Below, piece after piece: positions 56,816 to 64,000 of a DNA stretch of 64,000 nt. A program made the translations under genes and the position numbers. The notes under the pieces were generated by a model. The model saw nothing but the letters and a program-made list of their open reading frames with translations, searched no databases and was not told the DNA's origin. Where the stretch lies: contig CAWGIE010000035.1 of the NCBI GenBank assembly GCA_963822585.1, forward strand, positions 1 to 64,000, written 5' to 3'. The number at the start of each line of letters is the position of its first letter. Within the stretch, counting starts at the first letter, position 1. Source of the stretch: an uncultured bacterium (GTDB lineage: Bacteria > Auribacterota > Erginobacteria > Erginobacterales > Erginobacteraceae).

Positions 56816-56996
56816 AAAATCACAAATTACAAATCCCAAATAACAAACAAATTCCAATAACCAAAATTCAAAATCCCAAACATATTCCAATAATAAAATT
56901 TTGATAGTGGATGCTCGGTTATGCGGGAGTTTGTTTGGAATTTGGATATTTGAATTTGTAATTTATTTGGGATTTGGTGCTTGGGATTTGGAATTT
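56816..56996. repeat. Inverted AT-rich heptad array (AAATYMC)n ... (GKRATTT)n, related to the family C core
   Basis: aaatcac aaattac aaatccc aaataac ... gggattt ggtgctt gggattt ggaattt, between convergent genes. Confidence 0.8.
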
Positions 56997-57056
56997 ATAC
57001 CATATAGCTTAAGGGACATTTGTTTCTCATGATTAAGATTTGAAGCTATATGGTAA

Positions 57057-58583
57057 TTATCTTCTCATCCGCTGCATCCGGCTGACGGCCATGTCCTCGC
57101 CGTGTTCTTCCCGGTACTCGATCCGCCGGATCGCTCTCTGGACGCTCCGGCGGGAACTCTCGTCGTCGGCGGCGATACCGTTCAGAAATTCTATCTCTTC
57201 CTTCCCCCCGGCGGCGCCCAGTCCATTGATGATCTCCCGTTTCACTCCGTCGGAAGGGTTCGAGGCCCAGGTTCCCTTAAGAAAGGGGAGCACCTCATTC
57301 CTGATAAGTTCGTCCGGCGCGCTCTCCAGCCGCCGGTTGTTCATCATTGCCAGGGCCTGTCCGGCCAGTACCCGGCTTTCCGGATCCTCCCCGTAGTTCA
57401 TGAGATTGACGCAGTCAAGGGCCGCTTCCGTTCCTCCGAATCTCCCCAGAGCGGCGGCGGCGGTGCCCCGCATTTCTTCGTCCCCGGCGTTTTTACTGGA
57501 AAGCACCCGGACCAGGGCCTGATCCGCCGTCGCCAGTCCGGTCTCGGAGAGGGCCATGAGCGCTCTTCTTTTGGCTCCGGCATCGCCGGAACCCGAGATA
57601 ACGCTGTCCAGATAGGGCACGACATTGTCGGCCAACAGGTTCTCGCAGTCGGCGTCGTCCAGCCGCGCGTTCATTCTCCCCAGGGCATAGGCGGCCATAA
57701 TCCGTTCGTCGTCCTGGAAACTGCTGTTATAGAGGTCCCGGAGCGCGGTCATCGTTTCCGCGTCGCCGTTGTCTCCCAGGGCGGCGGCCCCGGCCCATCC
57801 CACTCTTCGCCCGCCGGGAGCGGACCATAAGCCGGCCAGCTTCTCCAGCGCCTTTTTTCCTCCGTCGATGCCGAGCGAATAAACCGCGGCCCGGGCCACT
57901 CTCCCGTCGCTGTCCGCCGTCGCCTCCTCCAGAAAGGCGAGCGAATCTTTTGTCCTGACTTCGCCCATGGTATAGAGGCAGGCCAGGCGGATGTCACGAG
58001 AGGCTTCACCCCGGTAGGTTTTTTCCAGGAAGGGAAATACCTCTTTTTTCAGGATCCCTTCCAGTTCCGGATCCCGGAGGTCCCGGTTGATCGCCCCCAG
58101 TGTCCGGGCCGCGGTCAGACGGTTGGTCAGCGAGTCGCTTTCCCGGAAGACGGCGATCAGCTGTTTGATATCCTTCTTCCCCGCGTCCTTGAGTTCGTTG
58201 AGGAGGGCGTGGATCTCGGCATTATCCCCGGACAGATAAACGGCGGGCCAGCGGGCCAGAAGCGCTTCGATTTCTCCCCCCTCGGCAGCCGGAAGAGCGG
58301 CGGCCACTTCCTCTTCCTCGGGAGGCGGGGGCGATTCCGACTCTTCGGAGGATTCCGCCGTTGATTTTACCGTCGTCGCGGCGGAGACGGACTTTGCGGT
58401 AACCTTCTCCGGCCGGACCGCGGCCGCATTCAGCGGCGTCGTTTCCTTTGCTTTTGCCGCCGTTGTGATCGTTTTGATCTTCCCGGCTGCCGGAACGGTC
58501 GTCACCTCGGGGCGATGGAGCAGGAGAGTGCCGAAAACCCCCAGAAGTCCCCCGGCTACCAGTCCGATGATCAGATTTTTCAT
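57057..58583 (-). CDS. Membrane-anchored HEAT-repeat protein
   Basis: N-terminal TM, low-complexity linker, repeated R..AA..LG....A...L units. Confidence 0.85.
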   Translation of the reverse strand: MKNLIIGLVAGGLLGVFGTLLLHRPEVTTVPAAGKIKTITTAAKAKETTPLNAAAVRPEKVTAKSVSAATTVKSTAESSEESESPPPPEEEEVAAALPAAEGGEIEALLARWPAVYLSGDNAEIHALLNELKDAGKKDIKQLIAVFRESDSLTNRLTAARTLGAINRDLRDPELEGILKKEVFPFLEKTYRGEASRDIRLACLYTMGEVRTKDSLAFLEEATADSDGRVARAAVYSLGIDGGKKALEKLAGLWSAPGGRRVGWAGAAALGDNGDAETMTALRDLYNSSFQDDERIMAAYALGRMNARLDDADCENLLADNVVPYLDSVISGSGDAGAKRRALMALSETGLATADQALVRVLSSKNAGDEEMRGTAAAALGRFGGTEAALDCVNLMNYGEDPESRVLAGQALAMMNNRRLESAPDELIRNEVLPFLKGTWASNPSDGVKREIINGLGAAGGKEEIEFLNGIAADDESSRRSVQRAIRRIEYREEHGEDMAVSRMQRMRR

Positions 58584-58610
58584 TTTAATTTTTACTCCGT
58601 AAAAATTAAA
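58584..58610 (-). promoter_or_regulatory. GGA-triloop palindrome abutting the ATG, with RBS-like GGAG in the loop
   Basis: Minus strand: TTTAATTTTTAC-GGA-GTAAAAATTAAA-ATG. Confidence 0.65.
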
Positions 58611-58781
58611 TTGATTGTGATAAAAGTGAGAGTCTATTTAGTATGTACAAGCTAAAAAAATTATACCATCCTGAATGGGGGAAAGCTATCTTTACTGTTT
58701 AGAAAGAGAAAATTCACTAAATGAGCGCCGGAGACGCTCATTTCGGTGCCTGGATAACGACATCCGACACCAAGGAGAACT

Positions 58782-59321
58782 ATGATGAAAATAATAGCCG
58801 GCGAATCAATGATCGAACTGGTTCGGGGGGACATCACGGCGCAGGAGGTGGACGCGATCGTCAACGCCGCCAACTCCTCGCTCCTCGGGGGGGGCGGGGT
58901 GGACGGGGCGATCCACCGGGCCGCCGGCCCGGAGCTGCTGGAAGAGTGCCGCGGGGTGGGGGGGTGTCCAACCGGCCAGGCCCGGTTGACGAAGGGCTAT
59001 CGCCTGCCGGCGAAGTACGTTATCCACACGGTGGGGCCGATCTACCGGGGCGGAGACCGGGGCGAGGCCGAGCTGCTCGCCTCCGCTTACCGGGAAAGCC
59101 TGAAGCTGGCCTCGGCCTCGGGGATCAAAACGGTGGCCTTCCCCTCGATCAGTACCGGGGCCTATGGGTATCCGATCGAGGAGGCCGCCAATATCGCCCT
59201 CCCGACCGTGATGGAGTACCTGCTCGATCACCCGGAGATCGAGCTGGTCCGTTTCGTTCTCTTCTCCGAACGGGATTACCATACCTACCAATCGATTCTG
59301 GAAGAGCTGGATATAAGCTGA
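58782..59321 (+). CDS. Macro domain O-acetyl-ADP-ribose deacetylase (YmdB-like)
   Basis: GDIT..VDAIVNAAN..L.GGGGVDGAIHRAAG, VIHTVGP, AFPSISTG.YGYP. Confidence 0.95.
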   Translation: MMKIIAGESMIELVRGDITAQEVDAIVNAANSSLLGGGGVDGAIHRAAGPELLEECRGVGGCPTGQARLTKGYRLPAKYVIHTVGPIYRGGDRGEAELLASAYRESLKLASASGIKTVAFPSISTGAYGYPIEEAANIALPTVMEYLLDHPEIELVRFVLFSERDYHTYQSILEELDIS

Positions 59322-59326
59322 CTGAT

Positions 59327-59494
59327 AAACCACGAAGGACACGAAGAACACGAAGGGAGAAGGGAAAAGAGCGTCATTCTTCCCATTCCCGGGCTTCATG
59401 GGAAAATATACAGTCTCTTATTATCCGGAGAGCGTGGTTAAAGGTATCGGCCATTTTTTACCATCCTTCGTGTTCTTCATGTCCTTCGTGGTTT
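59327..59494. repeat. Family D inverted 9-mer array
   Basis: aaaccacgaagga cacgaagaa cacgaagg ... ccttcgtg ttcttcatg tccttcgtggttt. Confidence 0.88.
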
Positions 59495-59532
59495 CATCCT
59501 CCGGCTGGTAAATGCTCGGGGTTGTCAATAGA

Positions 59533-61413
59533 ATGAGTCCCGGACCCGTCAGGATATTTGCGGTATGGGTAACAGGATTGCCGGTGCTGCTTTCGCTTGC
59601 CGGGGTATCGGCGGCGCGGGAGGAGGTTCTGGAACTTCCGGAGGTGGTCGTGCGGGCGGAGCAGATCGCCGACACGATACCCTCCGGAACCTACGCCGCC
59701 CCGGTGACCGCCCTCCGCTTCGACCCGGTTGTCGACCTCCAGACCAGGAACACCGCCGAGGCCCAGGCCGACTCTTCCATCCGGGGGGGCATCTTTTCCC
59801 AGTCCGGTTTCCGGACCGGGGCGGTAACCCTCCTCGATCCGCAGACCGGACACTACAATGCCGAGATCCCGATCTCCCCTCTGATGCTGACTCTCCCCGC
59901 GGTCCTGCCCGGTCTGGAGAACGCCCTCTCGGGTTTTGATTCCACCGCCGGCACGGTCGAATACTCCTGGAAGCCGATCGAAACCGGAGGAGAGGCGCTG
60001 GCCGGAGCGGGCGATCACCGTTTCAACCTCCAGCACGTGTACGCGGCCTTTTTCCGCGAGATGCCGGCAGCGCTCTCCGGAGCGGGGGATGAGATCGGGT
60101 TCGATCTTGACCTGGCCCGATCGGAGGGAGACGGCACTCGGCCGGAGGGGGACTATGATTTTCAGCGGTTGGGGGGACGCCTGCAGTTCCGCGGGGACCG
60201 CTCCCAGACCGACCTCTACGGCGGTTACCAGTCAAAGTTTTTCGGCTGGCCCGACATGTACACCCCGGAAGATTTCCTCCCCACGGACGAGACGGAGAGC
60301 CTGTATACCACACTGGTCTGCGTCAATCACCGGCGTGAATACGGGAAAACAAGTTACCTGGAGATCGGCGCCGTCTATCGCCAGAACAGCGATCATTACG
60401 TTCTGCAGCGCGACGACCCGGCTCTGTACCATGCCTTCCACCGGACCCGGGTCTGGTCGGCCGGGATCGGCGGCCGGCAGGAAGGCGATTTATTTTCCCT
60501 GAATTATGACGGCCGGATATCGGTTGATAACCTGACCTCGACCGCGATCACCTTCAGTCCCTATTATTCCCGGACGCTCGCCAAGTTCTCCCTGCTTCCC
60601 GAGAAGACCGTTTCCATCGGTTCCGGGCTCGGTCTCTCCCTGGGGGCCGGGGCCTCGATCGACGGCTCCAACCGGATGGCCTCCACGGTTTCGCCACTCG
60701 CCCGGGTGTCCCTTCTTCAGGAACTTTCCGACGGGGGGAGGAACCGGTACTACTGCGGTTACGCCGGCTCCAGCCAGCTTCCCAGCTATACGGCCCTCGG
60801 TTCCCCCTCCTCCGGCATCTTCGGGGGTAACCCCGACCTGGGTATTGAGCGGAGCCGCGCGGTTGAGGCGGGAGTAGACCTCCTTCGCCCCTCGTGGGGG
60901 TTGCACGCCGCCGTCTTTTACCGGGATGATGATGATCTGGTCGACTGGACCTACCGGCAGGAGTCACCGAACGCCCGCACCGCCAACGCCGTGGATATCA
61001 GGACCTGGGGGGGAGAGATAACAATCGATAAAAGGTGGAAGGACCTCGGCCTCGTCCTCGGGTACACCTGCCTGAAAAAATCGTCCGACTATGCCGACCC
61101 GGAGATCGACGCCAGTTTCTACGCGCTCAATTATCCCCGCCACCGTTTTACGGCCTCTCTGGTTTTTCGCTTCCTCGACCAGTTCGAGCTGCGATCCGAT
61201 AACGAATACCGCGTCCAGGAGCCGAACGCCCTCCGTTCCGGCCGCGATGACGCCCTGCTCTCCCTGATCAGCCTCGCCTGGCTCCCCCCCTGGGTTCCGG
61301 GTTTGGAGGTTACCGCTTCCATCGACAATCCGTTCCAGGTCAATTTCCAGGAGATCCCCGGGGTCCCGGGCCCCGGCCGTCAGTTCGCCCTCCGCGGCGC
61401 CTACCGCTGGTAA
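59533..61413 (+). CDS. TonB-dependent outer-membrane receptor
   Basis: Signal peptide, LPEVVV TonB box, Q.D.SIRGG, DPQTGH.N, GNPDL..E, C-terminal GR.F....Y.W. Confidence 0.88.
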   Translation: MSPGPVRIFAVWVTGLPVLLSLAGVSAAREEVLELPEVVVRAEQIADTIPSGTYAAPVTALRFDPVVDLQTRNTAEAQADSSIRGGIFSQSGFRTGAVTLLDPQTGHYNAEIPISPLMLTLPAVLPGLENALSGFDSTAGTVEYSWKPIETGGEALAGAGDHRFNLQHVYAAFFREMPAALSGAGDEIGFDLDLARSEGDGTRPEGDYDFQRLGGRLQFRGDRSQTDLYGGYQSKFFGWPDMYTPEDFLPTDETESLYTTLVCVNHRREYGKTSYLEIGAVYRQNSDHYVLQRDDPALYHAFHRTRVWSAGIGGRQEGDLFSLNYDGRISVDNLTSTAITFSPYYSRTLAKFSLLPEKTVSIGSGLGLSLGAGASIDGSNRMASTVSPLARVSLLQELSDGGRNRYYCGYAGSSQLPSYTALGSPSSGIFGGNPDLGIERSRAVEAGVDLLRPSWGLHAAVFYRDDDDLVDWTYRQESPNARTANAVDIRTWGGEITIDKRWKDLGLVLGYTCLKKSSDYADPEIDASFYALNYPRHRFTASLVFRFLDQFELRSDNEYRVQEPNALRSGRDDALLSLISLAWLPPWVPGLEVTASIDNPFQVNFQEIPGVPGPGRQFALRGAYRW

Positions 61414-61578
61414 CATACGGCTTCTCCACCCGTATGAGAACAGACGATGGAATGTGATTGAATATGATTGATCCCCTGTCACGTCCTGATTTAAAGTTGT
61501 CACTTTTTTCTGGGTACTACCCTTTATTTTTTCCTCACTGATAGCTCTCTTCCCTCCTCCGGAGGAGGGAAGACGCGT

Positions 61579-62400
61579 TTACGCCGCCAGAGCGTGTACC
61601 TGTTCCGGTGTTTTATAGTTCAAAGATGTATGGGGGCGCCGGGTATTATACAAATCAATTGCTTCATCCACCGCCCGCCGTGCCTGTTCTTTGCTCTGTA
61701 ATGTGCCTCCCAACCAATATTCCTGTTTGAGGATTCCGTTCACCCGCTCTGCCAGCGCATTCTCATAACAACGATTTTCCTCGGTCATGCTGACTTCAAA
61801 CCCATGCTCTTGGAGCTTTTTTACATACATATGGGAACAATACTGGCATCCACGATCAGAATGGTGAATGATACGCGCGTTCTTCGGTTTGCTCTCCAAT
61901 GCCTTATCCAGTGCTCTCAGACACTCTTCTGTTGCCAGGGTTTCTCCTACATGATATCCGACTATCTTGCGCGAATACTTATCCGTAATCAGACTCAGGT
62001 ACACAAATCCCTCATGTGTTCGAATGTAGGTGATGTCGCTTACCCATACCTGATTGGGCCGTATGACCTCAAGCTCCTTAATGATGTTTCTAAATACCGG
62101 TAGACTATGCCTGCTGTTCGTCGTCTTTGGAGCCGGGGGGAGAGACTCCAGTAGTAACTCCTTTGTTCTCAGCGCCTCAAAGAACCGGTCCCTGCCAATC
62201 GATACCCCCGCATCCTCCAGCTCAGGCTTCAACATGAAATATAACTTCCGACCTCCCAGTCTCGGTTGTGCGGCCCGCTCAGATCGAACCAGCTCTTCCA
62301 CCAGCCCTTCATCTATTGCTTGTCTACGTCTCCTTCTATGCGCCTTGTAATAGTTCTGCCGGCTCATCCCGGTTTTCCGGCATAACAACCCTATGCTCAC
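61579..62400 (-). CDS. IS3 transposase OrfB (DDE integrase domain)
   Basis: W.SDITY, D.YSR.IVG, HHSDRG.QY, ENA.AER.NG.LK.E, YN..RPH.SL.Y.TP. Confidence 0.95.
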   Translation of the reverse strand: MSIGLLCRKTGMSRQNYYKAHRRRRRQAIDEGLVEELVRSERAAQPRLGGRKLYFMLKPELEDAGVSIGRDRFFEALRTKELLLESLPPAPKTTNSRHSLPVFRNIIKELEVIRPNQVWVSDITYIRTHEGFVYLSLITDKYSRKIVGYHVGETLATEECLRALDKALESKPKNARIIHHSDRGCQYCSHMYVKKLQEHGFEVSMTEENRCYENALAERVNGILKQEYWLGGTLQSKEQARRAVDEAIDLYNTRRPHTSLNYKTPEQVHALAA

Positions 62401-62798
62401 CCTTGCAGCAGGTTTCGCCTCATCCGTACGTCTGACAGCGTCAATGCGTTCTTTTTTTTAAAGTCCTCCAGGCTGACCCCCATTCGCTCACAAGCTATCT
62501 CCAGAAATGAATGTTCCAGACAACAATCAATGTGAGCATCTGCTAACGCTGTCTCCAGCTTCTTAATCCGCTTGCGCGCTTCCTTAATCTCGTCTCGTTC
62601 TTTCAAGCTCTCTACCCTCAGTATCTTTGGCAGTAGATCTTCTCTCCCATATTTGCGTATCCATCTTTCCACCGTCCCGGCTCCCGTTATCCGGTAGGTC
62701 TTCCGGGCGCTAAAGGGAGAAGCATGTTTTCCCCTCTCTATCTCATCCACAACCTGGCGTTTAAAGGCCTCGCTGTATCTTATCACCGTCTGTCCCAT
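62397..62798 (-). CDS. IS3 transposase OrfA (HTH)
   Basis: RYSEAFK..VV, TV.RW.RKYG, coiled coil. Ends just after the slippery site. Confidence 0.92.
   Translation of the reverse strand: MGQTVIRYSEAFKRQVVDEIERGKHASPFSARKTYRITGAGTVERWIRKYGREDLLPKILRVESLKERDEIKEARKRIKKLETALADAHIDCCLEHSFLEIACERMGVSLEDFKKKNALTLSDVRMRRNLLQG
62451..62462 (-). other. -1 programmed ribosomal frameshift site (TTT AAA AAA AAG)
   Basis: A_AAA_AAG heptamer; the -1 frame is open from here into orfB. Confidence 0.85.
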
Positions 62799-62921
62799 AG
62801 CATCTTCCTCCTTATGCTATGTGACAACCTATATCAGGACGGCACATCGACGTTGGATGTTGAACGTTCGATGTTCGACATTCAGTTTTTATTTCCCCTC
62901 GCCGCGCCCCCGGTAAAAAGC

Positions 62922-63020
62922 AAATATCGAATATCGAATAATGAATATCGAACTTCGAAGGCTTGCTTCTGCTCTTTGACTTCGATATTCGGCGTTCGAT
63001 ATTCTGCGGTTCGTTATTCG
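62922..63020. repeat. Inverted heptad array (AATATCG)n ... (CGATATT)n
   Basis: aatatcg aatatcg aataatg aatatcg aacttcg ... cttcgatattcggcgttcgatattc. Confidence 0.8.
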
Positions 63021-63289
63021 CTTTTCCTTCCGCCGCACCCCCTTATTGAACCGCAACCCCAAAAAGTGCTTCGCGCTCTCGGGTCAAGAATACGCAAAGA
63101 ACGCAGAGAAAGTAAATGAGTAAAAGACCCCCATCACCTTGAGTGAGGGGTGAATCAGTTCAACAGCTACAGAAGCCACAGATCCCTCGATCTCGTGCCG
63201 TGGGTGAATTAATTTGTAGGCCATATCAACAGCACGAGGTTGATTTTCCTTTCTCCGTCCCCGCCGGGAACACGGACCTCGTTATATAC

Positions 63290-63325
63290 CGGACAAGTTA
63301 TGATCGATCGATCATAACTTGTCCG
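63290..63325. repeat. Perfect 36-bp palindrome
   Basis: CGGACAAGTTATGATCGA|TCGATCATAACTTGTCCG. Confidence 0.85.
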
Positions 63326-63436
63326 AAATTTTTTACCGGCGGATAATACTTGAGGGAAATCGGCTGAAACTATGCAATCAGGCGAGAAGTAAGGAGGCTG
63401 ACAAACATATTCTCAAATCGAGAAGAAAGATTTGTT

Positions 63437-64000
63437 TTATCTCGCTACCGGCACGTCGCCCGTTGTTCCGAAGTAGACCCGGGTTACGTCTTTGACGGCC
63501 CAGAGGCCGGTCGCGGGGCGGAAGATCCCGATATCATCGGCCCCGCTGCCCCGGTAATCGGCCGTGACGGCCTGATCGGATGACGACCCGAAGTAGGTCC
63601 GGGTCAGGTCCTGTATTGCCCAGAGGCCTGTTGACGCACGGAAGAGGCCGATATCCCAGGCTCCGCCTCCGGAGTAGTTTCCCGATCTGGGGATATCGCC
63701 GCTGGTCCCGAAATAGGTCCTGGTCAGGTCACGAACGGCCCAGAGGCCGGATGAGGGGCTGAAGAGGGCGATCTCGTCGATCGCTTCTCCGCTATACCAC
63801 CCCGGCGCGGGGATATCTCCGTTTACGCCGAAATAGACGCGCGTTATGCCCTTGACCGCCCAGAGGCCGGAAGCCTTCCGGAAGATTCCCAGATCGGTAA
63901 TTCCGTCCCCGTTATAGTCTCCGGGCTGAGGATCATCGGTTGAAACGCCGAAATAGTCCCGGAGCACGCCCTTGACGGCCCAGAGGCCGGTCGCGGCGCG
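63437..64000 (-). CDS. C-terminal part of a protein with tandem FG-GAP-like 39-aa repeats (5'-truncated by window edge)
   Basis: Repeats of GDY.G.G..DI.IFR..SGLWAV..LTR.YFG..GD.P. Confidence 0.85.
   Translation of the reverse strand, partial: RAATGLWAVKGVLRDYFGVSTDDPQPGDYNGDGITDLGIFRKASGLWAVKGITRVYFGVNGDIPAPGWYSGEAIDEIALFSPSSGLWAVRDLTRTYFGTSGDIPRSGNYSGGGAWDIGLFRASTGLWAIQDLTRTYFGSSSDQAVTADYRGSGADDIGIFRPATGLWAVKDVTRVYFGTTGDVPVAR

Larger units (their letters stand above)
61477..62846 (-). mobile_element. IS3-family insertion sequence (1370 bp)
   Basis: TIRs TGTCACGTCCTGATTTAAAGTTGTCAC / TGTGCCGTCCTGATATAGGTTGTCAC, orfA/orfB, lower GC than neighbours. Confidence 0.93.

Noticed and set aside
61548..61572. 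CTTCCCTCCTCCGGAGGAGGGAAG palindrome as a separate element
   Set aside because: It lies inside the IS3 just downstream of orfB and is best explained as an IS-internal hairpin.
63100..63290. Small ORF 63143-63346 or a gene remnant
   Set aside because: No SD, no recognisable motif, and it runs through the palindrome.

Overview
This is a GC-rich (coding) bacterial chromosome segment, probably from an anaerobic diderm. The FG-GAP-like 'DxNGDGxxDIAVFRPSSGLWA' surface modules recall uncultured PVC-related lineages such as Ca. Auribacterota (from memory, unverified). Gene content in order: RND efflux pair, panD, a carbamoyltransferase/carbamate kinase/threonine-synthase-like operon, a fibre-like surface protein, permease-HMA, nitroreductase, Gfo/Idh/MocA, a histone-H1-like/nucleoside-kinase fusion, TPR/Zn-ribbon/PAC2 genes, a GT-C (STT3-like) protein, an FMN-binding/cyclophilin fusion, a matrixin, an ECF sigma/anti-sigma pair and a type II secretion cluster (gspC-M). 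After that come a ~1970-aa modular secreted protein, glycosyltransferases, a UDPGP-family enzyme, a response regulator plus a histidine kinase-CoA-disulfide reductase-rhodanese fusion, PEPCK, HEAT, macro-domain and TonB-receptor genes, and an IS3 element. Two things stand out. (1) The HK-CoADR-rhodanese fusion with its receiver partner is a candidate persulfide/redox-coupled two-component system, and it is bracketed by ~140-bp inverted repeats. (2) Most longer intergenic gaps hold small palindromic elements: about 10 families of inverted 6-9-nt tandem arrays, a ~200-bp MITE-like element, and C(GNA)G-triloop palindromes. These nest in each other and supply RBS-like sequences, start/stop codons and a prepilin leader. 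No rRNA, tRNA or CRISPR array was seen.
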